A stretch of DNA of 64,000 bases from a virus: the IMG/VR virus record IMGVR_UViG_3300045988_069849, positions 162,273-226,272 of that record; one strand, 5' to 3'. The notes beneath the pieces were generated by a model. The model saw only the letters and a program-made list of their open reading frames with translations. It was not told the origin of the DNA and made no database searches. Shown piece by piece: positions 11,103-21,737 of the stretch. Positions within the stretch are counted from its first letter, which is position 1. Every line of letters begins with the position of its first letter. The position numbers were made by a program, and so were the translations under genes.

Positions 11103-13437
11103 TTTGTACAAGTCCCTCATATATTCTAGGATCACTTGTTTCAACTCTGTATGGGTCATCATATTCGTTTCTTTGCATATTAAGTTCAGGAGTTTTCTTA
11201 GTTGGAATAACTCCAAATCTTTTAATTCCTCTCTCGTCGTAATAGTAACCAAAATCTTGGAACTATTCAACTTCTTTCTCCACAAGTACGGGCTGTCTTC
11301 CTGATAGCTCTTGGTCTGCCAACTCAGTCATACCTACAGCGGCTACAATATCATACTTACCCTTATTTTCATCATTATATGCAGTAAACTATTCTAGCAT
11401 TTCTTCGAACCATATAGTATGGCAATAGTCTTCTATAAAGGCGGCTGTTAAATCAGTATGCTATTCAATTATAGTTTTTGTAGCAGGAGTTCCATACTAT
11501 TTAGTAGTTCCATTTCTGACATCAGTTAGAGTAGCTCTTGGGCGCTTCATAAAATAGTTAAGGCATCCTTTTTCTCTAGCCCAAGTAACCATACCCATAC
11601 GAGTAGCTTCTATATTTATTTTACAATTATAATAGCGAGCTAAACACATAGCTATTTTATAGGCTTCTCTGATGTCTCCAGGTCTATCCTTGTACATAGC
11701 AACATACTGAGGGTCATTCATACCAAACGCACGTTTCTTAATCGTTATGCAGAAATCAGACGGATCTCTGGTTTCCTTAGAAGTCTAATTCGCTCCAATA
11801 TCAATACCGTCTATACCTGCTACGTATAAGTCTCGCATCTCTTTATAAACTGGAACTTCAAAATCCTAGCCATTATTTTCTGCTTCCTATCTAAGCTTTT
11901 CCATTTGTTCTTTATATAAGTCAGACCATATTGGATGCTCTAGAATTTTTACTTTACCATTGCTATTAGGAATCCATTTAAAGCCATCAATGTTATCCTA
12001 AGTATGTTTATTATTTTTGTAAAAATAATCAATATAACCACATTCGGGTCTTGGACCAATTTGTTTAAGTCTTATATTAGCTATCTATTCGGCAACTAAA
12101 ATTTTATTAAATTTATTAACACCTTCTAGATTAAATGCTTCTTCTGCATTCCAACAACGTTCAGCACATTTCTTTAGGTAGTCTTCTGGTACAGCTAACA
12201 GATTATCTCGCTCCTCCTATAAGAATTTCTTATATTCTACAGTATTACACACTCCTCTGTGGTCCATAAATTCTGGATTCAAAGATTGTATAAAGTATGG
12301 AATAAAGAATCCACTCTCTATAGTAGTCCCATCCTAAGTCCAATTATGTCTAAATGGAAGAATCTTATATGCTCTTGGATTATAGTAAATCTTTTTTAAG
12401 CCCTCTAGAGGAGCACCCATATCACCGCCAGTACCTCCAAACAACATTGTTCCACGAGGCATACCTTGAACTTCACAAAGTTCTTGACCTTGTACCACAG
12501 CGGTATCAAGTCCAGGCCAGGAACCAGCTTCATCATATATTAATAAATCTACACGGTCTCCACGAATGTTAGATGGTTTAGCTCCGTTAATTGCTACAAC
12601 CTCAGATTTAAATCCTACGTCTTCAAACTAACCATTTATTTTGATTTGTTTACCTGATTTCTTTCTCAAATCCTGGTCAATAAGTCGCAATTTAAAAAAT
12701 CCTCCTCCAGTACAGGTATTTAAGAATGTAAGAGCATTGTCAAACTTACTAAAGGTACCCTTAAGGAAGGTATCATTAAAGCAAGTAATCATAACCCTAC
12801 TTCTTCTAATAACAGAGTACATACGAGCAGAAAGAGAGGCGTTTATTTCAGAGAATCCAATAGAACGAGCTTTCATTAAAGCTGCGTGCTTGTGTAGCAC
12901 TCTAGCCATCTATAGATAATGAAAGAACATATAATGTGATGCAAAGAATATTGGGAAGTCATTATCAGTACCCTCACCAGAGGCTTTCTACTAGTCAATA
13001 GTAGGTAACTAATAGAAATTTAAGAAGAAGTAATTATCTCCAGTAATGGTGTATCCATTAACTGTCATTCCATACTTACATCTTCTATATTGCTCTTTCC
13101 AAAATTCGTTGTACCGCTTACTATCTCTAAGGTAGGGACAGTATTGACCAGTTCGTTTATATACTTCCCTAGTCTCGGTAAACCAATCTGGATTAAAGTC
13201 CAATCCATGAGTTTCGTCAATAGGTCTGTATCCAGTTATTTCATAAGATAAGGTAGGGTCAAATACTTCTATTTTATCTCCTATTTTAACATCCCAATAG
13301 TCAGAATTTCTGACCCTTTCCTCTCTTATTTTCTATACTAATTCTCTAGCTTCTTTAGCATCCTCTTTCTATTCTTTTTCTCTTACCTAATCTACAATAT
13401 TCTATATTTCTTCAGGTAATATCTTTTTTCTTGGCAT
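11074..13437 (-). CDS. terL: terminase large subunit (788 codons incl. stop), ~10 in-frame TAG
   Basis: One frame (lower coordinate = 1 mod 3) runs from ATG 13435-13437 to TGA 11074-11076, joining ORF-track fragments 13009..13203, 12628..12909 and 11497..11721. It contains the Walker B-like LLIYDEAG and an FGGTGGDMG motif. TAG codons sit in sensible positions, e.g. EEI[Q]NIVD[Q]VREKE[Q]KEDAKEARELV[Q]KIREE. Confidence 0.8.
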
Positions 13438-13439
13438 AA

Positions 13440-14006
13440 TTAAAAGTCTCCTGGGTCAAAACCATCCACAGCTCCAGCTCTAACAGTAGATTGTTCAGTA
13501 AGTTCTTTCTTAACCTAGTCTTCTAGTGTTATGAGTTCTTCATGAACTTTGTGAAGGGTAGCCATTTCCTTCATTACTTTTTCAGCCTGGAATACTGGTT
13601 TGCCGTTATTATCACGCTCATTTAAATCTACAATAGTTTCGAAATAATCAATAAACTAGTCTGCAGCTCTTTTAGCTGCTTCTAGTAATTTTATTGACTT
13701 GTTTGAATCTTGTAACGCTCTGTATTTCCTACAAGCTTCTCTAAATATAGGGTCATTAAATTCTGACTCTGTCAATCCAGAATCACTAATAGCTTCGTCA
13801 TGTCGTTCATGTTCCGAATACTAACTGTACGGACTTTTCCAGTCTATAGCTAAATAAATGTAAGATAGTTCTCTAGTAGCTCTATCCTTTTCTGCAGATT
13901 TATCCCTCTAGATTAAAGCCTTAAATTCCTTAACTAGCAATATCTCTGGTTCATTTATTTCTAGCTATTTAGTTAAAGTGTTATAGTTAAATACATTCAT
14001 AATCAT
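13440..14006 (-). CDS. putative terminase small subunit (~188 aa), 5 in-frame TAG
   Basis: Lies immediately upstream of terL. Manual translation MIMNVFNYNTLTK[Q]LEINEPEILLVKEFKALI[Q]RDKSAEKD... The assignment is positional only. Confidence 0.4.
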
Positions 14007-14037
14007 TAATCATTATCATACACATTAGATAATCTTA

Positions 14038-14616
14038 TTATTTCTTTTTCATTTTGGAACCGCACTTATTGACTTTCATTTTGGAACCACAAGCGTCTTT
14101 CTTAGCATATTGTTTTCTGTCAGGAACCCATTTTCCTCCCTGGAAATTACCCTTATGTCCCTTATTGGCCATAGTTTCCTAATCATTGTATTTATTGATT
14201 GATATAGAATCTCTTGAGGCTTCGTCTCTAGCAGATTTCATATCTTTCTTATACTAAGCTCTTCCAGCCTTAAATTTATCAACTTCATTAGCTTTCTTAG
14301 TAACTTTAGTTCCTTTTTGTGCTTTCTGGCAAGCTTTACAGATTCTACCGCCTTGCTTAAAATATACAAGCTCTTCTCCTTCTGGACATACTCCTTTTAG
14401 CTTCTTATAATACTCAAGCTTAGCTCCAAGCCTAGCCATTACTCCTCCTTGCATTTTCTGCATAAATTCCTGATACTTAGCTTTAATGCCGTCTTCTCCT
14501 AATTGTTCAGCATAAGCTTGTAAATCCTATTCAGATTGTACTTGTATTCCCTACGCAGCGGCATCTTGTATTAGATATGCCATAAATGCTTTTTGTAATT
14601 CTTCCTAGTTAGCCAT
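14038..14616 (-). CDS. basic Cys-rich protein (~192 aa), 3 in-frame TAG
   Basis: ORF-track 14254..14463 ends on TAG and continues. Start MANWEELQKAF at ~14616. The C-terminus ...CGSKMKKK ends at TAA 14038-14040. Confidence 0.4.
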
Positions 14617-14826
14617 TACTCTTCTACTTTAATTAAATCCTTAGTATTAAACACTGCTTCCTACATAAGTCCGGAATCAGTAAACCATCTACATCTTAAT
14701 CCTCGTAATCCTTGGTTATCTTTAAATAAAGCTGCTTCTCTTCTTAGAACAAGCATAACTGGAGAATGCATTACTTTACACTACCGTAAAGTAACACAAT
14801 CCCCAGGCTTAAAATAAACTTTTTCA

Positions 14827-15429
14827 TCAATTGTTTCCATACTTCAATTCGTTTCTTCTTTCAGTTAGCTTTTCGTTAACTACAGCCATAATTCTGTTCT
14901 CATTAACTACAACAAATCCAAACTTGTAGAACGGAACCATGCACTCGCTAGCTATTGTATAGAATACTATATCTCCAGGTTTTAGGAACTCACACTTGTG
15001 CCCAACCTCAATAACAGTACCCACTTTAATAAATTGTTGTTCTTCTTCTATTTCTCCTGTTTCATTAGATTTATATGTTGGAGCAAACCCACCTAAGTCT
15101 GTAATTAATCCACTCTTAGTAGTTTTAATTTTTTGAAACGGATTTTGTTCGAAAGGTTTAATTAATGCATACCCATACATAGGCATAATTTCTACACCAT
15201 TCATATCCTCAGATAATGATTTGGCGTAAGATTCTAAAGCTGCATTATGTTTAGAGAATTTATCTTCTAATTCATCTACTGCTGTATTGAATCTTTCCTG
15301 TTTTTCTCTTAATAAAGTTTTATCTGCAGCTTCTCCATTTACTATAAGGTGCTGTCCTGTACCTTCCATACCAGTTATAGCTAGTGCTAGTTTCTCATTA
15401 CTGTTCAATTCTGTTCTTAAAGTTTCCAT
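14827..15429 (-). CDS. hypothetical protein (200 aa), standard code
   Basis: Intact ORF in the track with a TGA stop. Confidence 0.6.
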   Translation of the reverse strand: METLRTELNSNEKLALAITGMEGTGQHLIVNGEAADKTLLREKQERFNTAVDELEDKFSKHNAALESYAKSLSEDMNGVEIMPMYGYALIKPFEQNPFQKIKTTKSGLITDLGGFAPTYKSNETGEIEEEQQFIKVGTVIEVGHKCEFLKPGDIVFYTIASECMVPFYKFGFVVVNENRIMAVVNEKLTERRNELKYGNN

Positions 15430-15530
15430 AATTCATTTTACCATTTACATAAATCACAATGTTCATCTTCTATTCTAGTTTTGTTCTCTAGTATACAACC
15501 ACACTCCTCACATACTTCTCCAAATGAAGT

Positions 15531-15776
15531 CTATAATTTATGAGGACAAGTATTACAAATATTTAATCTTGTGGTTGCTAAATCTTGATTAATTCCAAAT
15601 ATATGGAAATATATACTCTTCAATATTACTAAAGGTTTAGTAAATATTGCTTTAATCCATTTCTTTGGCATCTTTTCAGTAGGTTCTTGAGTCATAAGTA
15701 TATAAGCCTTAGTAGGGTTAGCCATTACTGGAGTCCCATATAGTAATAAATTATTTACCATTTCTTCGCAGGACAA
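15531..15776 (-). CDS. small Cys-containing protein
   Basis: ORF track. Confidence 0.35.
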   Translation of the reverse strand: MSCEEMVNNLLLYGTPVMANPTKAYILMTQEPTEKMPKKWIKAIFTKPLVILKSIYFHIFGINQDLATTRLNICNTCPHKL

Positions 15777-15970
15777 TGCTTCTTCTCATTAGGTATCTTT
15801 AATTCCAGTAGACATCCGCATCCTTTTATATACCCTTCTTTTGGACCAATACTTATGTCATTGTTTTCTGGATTTAAATACAACTGTCCATTACATATTG
15901 CATCTTCTTGATTACATATTGGACAGCGTCTACATATTTTCCATCTTTCTTCTATTTCCTCTAGTGTCAT
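15755..15970 (-). CDS. small Cys-rich protein (CxxC pairs)
   Basis: ORF track; RCPICNQEDAICNG...GCGCLLEL. Confidence 0.4.
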   Translation of the reverse strand: MTLEEIEERWKICRRCPICNQEDAICNGQLYLNPENNDISIGPKEGYIKGCGCLLELKIPNEKKHCPAKKW

Positions 15971-15972
15971 AA

Positions 15973-16887
15973 TTAATATTCAATACGTTGACGTTTCTTT
16001 TTATTTTCTGCCAATATAGATTCTTTCTTGTAAAAAGAAAGCATTCTTATTACTTCATCTTTTAAATATGGTAAGTGATATACTGTCATGTTATCACTGT
16101 GGTCGAAGTGTACTAAAACTAAGTCTTCAATTTCAAATTCTGGGTTTTTCTTCTGAATCATCCAGGCGTAAGTACTTAGCTGAAGGGCATAATGCCAATA
16201 ATTAACATCATCTAAATTATTTAGAGGATACTTCATCTTAACTGATGTCTTAGTTTTAGAATTAAAGAAGCTCTTTGTTTCTATTTTTTTATTAGTCTTC
16301 CAGTCACCAATAATTATCTTATTACCTCTTTTAACTAATAAGTCAATTTGTCCAGCTATTCTTAGTTTTCCGTCCTCAGATACTCTAGAGATTAGATACT
16401 CAGGATATACCCCATTCTCCAAATCTAGATTGTTATAGTCTTTTATACACTCAAACTTGCCACCTATTTGATATTTACTTAGGTCTATATCCTTCTTCTT
16501 TTTGTAAAAAGAGTTTTCCAAATCTGCATGGATTCTAGTTCCTCTCTCGCAAGAGTTTCTGTTCTCCATATCCCATGCATCTAAGATAGCTTGTTGTTCT
16601 TTATTAAACTCGTCTTCTGTAATGTTATGAAGTTCAAGTAGAACTTTGTCAAATTTCTTAGTATTCAGCAGAGATTTTTTCTCGATAGCCCAATCTTCTT
16701 TAGGTAGAAGTTTCTCTAGTGCTTTATAAGCTGACCAGAACTCTTTATCAAAGGGTTGGGTGAAAGAATGAATTAAAGTCGTTACAGATATAAATTTCTG
16801 TTCTGGCTTTGTAACATCATAATAAATATGAGCTTCCTCTTCGAAAGCTATGTTCCCATTTTGTTTTGTAATTTTACTTTTGTCCAT
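15973..16887 (-). CDS. PD-(D/E)XK-family nuclease (RecB/Cas4-like exonuclease)
   Basis: GQIDLLVKRGNKIIIGDWKTNKK matches the D...(D/E)xK core. 304 aa. Confidence 0.55.
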   Translation of the reverse strand: MDKSKITKQNGNIAFEEEAHIYYDVTKPEQKFISVTTLIHSFTQPFDKEFWSAYKALEKLLPKEDWAIEKKSLLNTKKFDKVLLELHNITEDEFNKEQQAILDAWDMENRNSCERGTRIHADLENSFYKKKKDIDLSKYQIGGKFECIKDYNNLDLENGVYPEYLISRVSEDGKLRIAGQIDLLVKRGNKIIIGDWKTNKKIETKSFFNSKTKTSVKMKYPLNNLDDVNYWHYALQLSTYAWMIQKKNPEFEIEDLVLVHFDHSDNMTVYHLPYLKDEVIRMLSFYKKESILAENKKKRQRIEY

Positions 16888-17001
16888 TAGTCATAATTCA
16901 TTTAATCATTTATCACATTTATCTATATTTATTTGATACTTTTCAAGTATATTAATATTCTTTGTAAGATACAAATCAATAAATAATACATTATATTAAA
17001 A

Positions 17002-17345
17002 ATGTCTAATATGACAAAAATGGTAACATTTGGATGTCCAATTTTTAAAAACGGGTCAGGCATTCATATTAAAGAGAAAAACAAAGGTAAATTTACTGCC
17101 TCTGCTAAGGCTGCAGGATAGTCTGTACAGGAACATGCTAAATCTGTACTAAACAATCCTAATGCTACTCCTCTTCAGAAGAAGCGTGCTAACTTTGCTA
17201 GAAACGCGGCTAAATGGAAACACGAAGATGGAGCTAAGATACATAAACCAAGTGGACATAGATCTATTCTAGATAATGGATGGATTCCTACTACTAGATT
17301 AAAGAAAGGAAATTATGGATTAATTAAAACAAGAAAGCAATGAAC
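17002..17345 (+). CDS. small basic protein with one in-frame TAG (plus strand)
   Basis: Manual translation MSNMTKMVTFGCPIFKNGSGIHIKEKNKGKFTASAKAAG[Q]SVQEHAKS...KTRKQ. Confidence 0.4.
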
Positions 17346-17418
17346 GCTGTAGTTAAATTAATTAAAGAATTTATACTTAAGATATATCTTTATTTACTAT
17401 TTATATTTAATAAGTAAT

Positions 17419-17610
17419 ATGGACTATAATAGAGCAACTCTTTATGCGGCTACTGGTCGTACTTTATTACTCCCTGGCTGGAAAGGGTATTTTTATTGGG
17501 ACTATACTAAGAATGAATTAAATTTTAGAAATGGAGACTATCATTTAGATAACAAATAGCTCAAGGAGAAAGGAGTTATGGAACGTAATGATTGGTATTA
17601 TATAATATGA
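17419..17610 (+). CDS. small protein with one in-frame TAG
   Basis: Manual translation MDYNRATLYAATGRTLLLPGWKGYFYWDYTKNELNFRNGDYHLDNK[Q]LKEKGVMERNDWYYII. Confidence 0.3.
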
Positions 17611-18043
17611 TAATTAAAAATAATATTATACCGTTTGGAGGTTATAAAGTAATTAATCTGTTTGGATTAATATTTACTAAGTCGGATTTGACTGATGAGG
17701 ATAAGAATCACGAGAATATCCATTCAGTATAGATTTTAGAATGTGCAATAGCGTTTGCAATACTTATATCTATATTATTTGGATTAGAATGGGTATGGTT
17801 AGCTATTCCATCTTTCTATATCTGGTATGGATTAGAGTATTTAATTATACGACTATTAAGACTTAAAGATTCTCAAAATGATTGCTACAGAGATGTAAGC
17901 TTTGAAGAAGAAGCTTATATGAATGAAGACAATTTACAGTATCTAGAAGGATAGAGAAAGATGTTTTCATGGATAAAATATCTAAAAGTTAATGCATAAC
18001 AAAATAGGCGAACTTAGACAATTAAGTCTAGGCTCGCCTATTT

Positions 18044-18601
18044 TTATTTACTATTATACGTACAAGTGATTCTGTTTGGCTCTTCCCACCAAGGTTTATC
18101 TGAAAGTGGAGTTCTGATGCTATTGGGCCAATTTATAATTGGAGTAGTTTCCTCTACTATAGCCTCCATTATTTTAAATAATGTATCCAAGTCTAGCTCT
18201 GGAAGCAGCTCATGAATATTAGTTATTGTTTTCTTATAATTTATCATACCTTCAAAAGTGTCGTTAATAATTGCTTTCTCTATTGTAGTATCTTTATATA
18301 AACCATGTTGTAGTATATTTCTTACTTGATGGTCTATTTGATTCCATATATCTAATAATATAGAAGAATCATCTGAAAGACTATATTGTGGATAGCTAGC
18401 CCTTAAACTGCTAAGTACTTTGCCATTAATGTAAATGTCAAATACGAAATTTTTTATATCATCTGTAGTTTCTCCAGAAATTCCTGCAGCTCTTTGTAAA
18501 AGTTTAAGAGCCTTTTCATATACTTCTCTTTCTTCACGTTCTCTTCTTGAAGAATTAAACATCATCATATTTGCGGCTACTGACATATTAGTACGATACA
18601 C
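18044..18601 (-). CDS. hypothetical protein (185 aa)
   Basis: ORF track. Confidence 0.5.
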   Translation of the reverse strand: MYRTNMSVAANMMMFNSSRREREEREVYEKALKLLQRAAGISGETTDDIKNFVFDIYINGKVLSSLRASYPQYSLSDDSSILLDIWNQIDHQVRNILQHGLYKDTTIEKAIINDTFEGMINYKKTITNIHELLPELDLDTLFKIMEAIVEETTPIINWPNSIRTPLSDKPWWEEPNRITCTYNSK

Positions 18602-18750
18602 TTAGCTTATTTAAGTTGTCTAGATAATCTAAGAACCATTGTTCGTTTTGTTTTCCTTCTTCTACAATAGTATTAATTAAAGATTCTGTAGCTAATAGTG
18701 TTATTTCTGCTAGTTCCTCTAATTCCGATTTAGTAAGTTCGTTATATTTT

Positions 18751-19065
18751 TCAATCAAGTTTAACATAATCCATCCAGTCTTTTATATATGATTTACATT
18801 CTTCCAAATCTGGATAGATACTTGTTATAGAGCATCCAGTTTTCGGATTTTTAAAGTGGTGCATCTTAGCCTCTTCTTTTTTCTCCTCTTCTGTATTTCT
18901 ATTTAATGTTCTATTCCAATAGTTGTACTTTTCATCTAACATTTCCATATCACATTCCTCTAATATTTTCATATTAGGGTTATTCATTATCTTGTCGTAC
19001 TTTCTCTTTAAATTAGAGACTTTGACAACATCATTTCCATTTAATACAACTGCACACTGTTTCAT
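18751..19065 (-). CDS. hypothetical protein (104 aa)
   Basis: ORF track. Confidence 0.5.
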   Translation of the reverse strand: MKQCAVVLNGNDVVKVSNLKRKYDKIMNNPNMKILEECDMEMLDEKYNYWNRTLNRNTEEEKKEEAKMHHFKNPKTGCSITSIYPDLEECKSYIKDWMDYVKLD

Positions 19066-19292
19066 TTCAATACCTTATAAGTACATATCTTGCCTATCTG
19101 TTTTCCTTGAATTGTTATTTGCGGAAGAAAATAGCAGGCTTGATTCTCAAATTCTTGAGGTACAAAGATATAATCAAACTTACTTCCAACTACCTTCTCA
19201 CAAACTTTATTCCAATCGTCTCCCTCTTCTATAATAAGAGTTTTAGCTCCTGTTGGAGTTACTACATAATTCTCATTTAATTTTATCATAAC
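19062..19292 (-). CDS. hypothetical protein (trimmed; the track ORF N-terminus is the tRNA)
   Basis: ORF track 19062..19364. The first ~24 residues overlap the suppressor tRNA. The likely real start is MIKLNENYVV. Confidence 0.35.
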   Translation of the reverse strand, partial: VMIKLNENYVVTPTGAKTLIIEEGDDWNKVCEKVVGSKFDYIFVPQEFENQACYFLPQITIQGKQIGKICTYKVLK

Positions 19293-19306
19293 TATTAATT
19301 TTGGCG

Positions 19307-19378
19307 TTGCCCTACTAGGATTCGAACCCAGACTAAATGATTTAGAGTCATCTGTGCTGACCATTACACCATAGGGCA
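19307..19378 (-). tRNA. amber suppressor tRNA, anticodon CUA (reads UAG), tRNA-Gln-derived
   Basis: Cloverleaf: acceptor tgcccta/tagggca, D-arm gtgt-aatggtca-gcac, anticodon stem gatga/tcatt with loop CUCUAAA (positions 34-36 = CUA), variable tagt, T-arm ctggg-ttcgaat-cctag, discriminator A. D-arm and T-arm are nearly identical to tRNA-Gln(UUG) at 34205-34276. Confidence 0.8.
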
Positions 19379-19383
19379 GTAAC

Positions 19384-19918
19384 TTATTTCTCTTTTAGAG
19401 ATTTATTTTCTGCTGCCAATTTCTCTAGTTCTTTTCTTAATTGTTCATTTTCGTGAAATAAAGCCTGCATAGTAGCGTTGATACTAGCTAATAGTATTCT
19501 CATTTGAGCAACCTATTCATACATAAGCTTTCAGTTGTTCAATTCTCTTTTTAGCTATATCTGACAATGCCATTTTGAATTTAGCAATACCAGCTCTTAC
19601 TGTTTCTAACTTGCCGCTTTCTAAGCATTCTTGTATTTTATGAACTTCAAGCTCTCCTAGATATTCGCATACATCTATAAATAAATCATCATCTAGAGAT
19701 TCTAAATATTTCTGGAATTGGTCTACCTCTTCATTAGCTAGACAGCTTTCTTCCTTCTATCTTTCATAAGATATTAATAAGAACAAAGAATCGTCGGTAG
19801 ATTCGGACTTAATAGTTAGCCCATTACCAGACATATAATATTCTTGATTCGTATTAATTGCCTCAACTAGCTATTTAAACTAGTCCTAATTTAACAATGT
19901 TTCTAAGTCTGTAATCAT
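19384..19918 (-). CDS. TAG-containing gene upstream of the suppressor tRNA (possible regulator; ~177 aa)
   Basis: Manual translation MITDLETLLN[Q]D[Q]FK[Q]LVEAINTNQEYYMSGNGLTIKSES...; at least 8 in-frame TAG. The frame was not verified end to end. Confidence 0.35.
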
Positions 19919-20236
19919 AATTGTTTTCTTTTTAGTTATATACAACAATAACCTCCGAAAAGTTAAACGCAAAGTTAAAAAATTCTAATTCAAATATTAT
20001 ACATATTTTATATATTAAGGGGAAAGCCGGTACAGGTACTTTATATAAATAGCCCCCTGGGGTTATTATAAATTCCGACTTTTATATTTGGAGGGCAATT
20101 ACCTAGATTCCAAAAATTCATAGAGTGAGTGTAGTGGCGGTCCACAACCCCTTTAGTCCCCCCCTGTATATTGATATAAAACTAAAACAAAAACAAAAAT
20201 CAATTTCCAGTATTAACATTTTAAAATTTTAAGATT

Positions 20237-20683
20237 ATGACACTCGAAGAATTGAAAGACCAGAACGTAAGCGCAGTAGAAAGAGCTAAGGCAGTAGTAT
20301 CAGCATTGGGACTGAAAGGTGGTGAACGCTCAGTTGTTGTCGGCTTGTCAAAGGGCGATAAGTTTAAGTTGGTAGCAATGAACAAGGTAGATTTGCCTGC
20401 AAATGCCAACCAACCAAACCAAAGCAACTTTACACCGATTACATTTAGCACTGACACAGGTGCAACCATTGGTGCAAAACACTTTGCGGGCGTAGAAATC
20501 GACGACGATGCTCCGGCAATCGGTTCAACTCCGTTGGAAAATGCCGCTTTCCTTGTTTATTGCATTGACCACAATGTAACATTTAAGGTAGACAAAAAGG
20601 TAACGGAAGACATCGAAGCTACCACTGACCGCCAAGCCTACAAGAAAAATACTTACAAGCTGGTAGTGGAAGACTATGATTAA
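20237..20683 (+). CDS. hypothetical protein (148 aa), GC-richer than its flanks
   Basis: ORF track. Confidence 0.55.
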   Translation: MTLEELKDQNVSAVERAKAVVSALGLKGGERSVVVGLSKGDKFKLVAMNKVDLPANANQPNQSNFTPITFSTDTGATIGAKHFAGVEIDDDAPAIGSTPLENAAFLVYCIDHNVTFKVDKKVTEDIEATTDRQAYKKNTYKLVVEDYD

Positions 20684-21666
20684 AAGATTGGGGAGAAATC
20701 CCCTTTCTTTTACATACAAATAATCTTTGTAGAAATGGACATAAGAAAAAAGTTTAAGACTATAAAGTGTTTGTATAATTGGGGCATAATCTATGACCCA
20801 AAGACTAATGAAAAGTTAAATTTCAAATCCAAACGTGTTTATTGCGTAACTTCTTGGGCTTGGATTATGACCTATCAAAAGTCAGAAGAAGATATTCCTG
20901 AGATAATTAGGATACTCTTTGTAGATTAACTCTAAGGTACTATGAGTTTTAAATAAAGTGCCCACATGAACCCCATCATCGGAACGTTGGTTAACGGGGA
21001 AAACAACATCACAACAAATCAAATCAAAGTTTTTGTTTAGTTTTAGGATTGTATCTGGCAGCTTGGAAAGACAAGCAAAATCTTTATACCTATCTGCTAA
21101 TAGGTTTAGTGTTCAACGCGAAAATTCGGTAAAGGAAGGAGAGAAATTGTCCACTAAAAAGACCCTCAATTTCCGGACTTTTTCCGATTTTCAAAAAATC
21201 CGCCAGAGTAGGAGTTATATAGCTCACACTCTCTATAGACATTATTTAGTATTTAGCCTATAAAAAGGCAACAAAAAGCGAGGCTACGCAGAAGAGCCTA
21301 ACACCAAAAATAACTGCTACAAATTCTATGTGCATATTCGCAAACTTGAGCACTATAGGATTTAGGTTGAGCTGTAAGGATTGGTCACTTATAGCAATAT
21401 TATGAGTACTGCTGATATGTCAGTGACCGTACATATCACATATAAAATATGTTATACAATTATGTTAGAAGTTGCCAGGTCTAAGAAGCCTGATTAAAAT
21501 CTCTAGATAGTAAGAGAGAACCTCATAAGGGTTCATTTTCCATCTCGAATCTATTCGCAAGTTTTGAGATTAGCTACCTCAGAATTTAGTGAACGTTGAT
21601 AACGTTGTATGTCTGGAAAACATACTAAATAATCTCCTATCTTATACTAGTTGTCAAGATAGGATT

Positions 21667-21737
21667 TCCCCATTAGTATAATGCTATTGCGCCTTCCTCT
21701 AAAGAAGGAGATTCTGGTTCGAGTCCAGAATGGGGAA
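21667..21737 (+). tRNA. tRNA-like with anticodon CUA (second candidate amber suppressor), non-canonical D-arm
   Basis: Acceptor tccccat/atgggga (U1-A72), anticodon stem ccttc/gaagg with loop CUCUAAA, variable agat, T-arm tctgg-ttcgagt-ccaga, discriminator A. The D-arm lacks G18G19 and pairs weakly. Confidence 0.4.
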
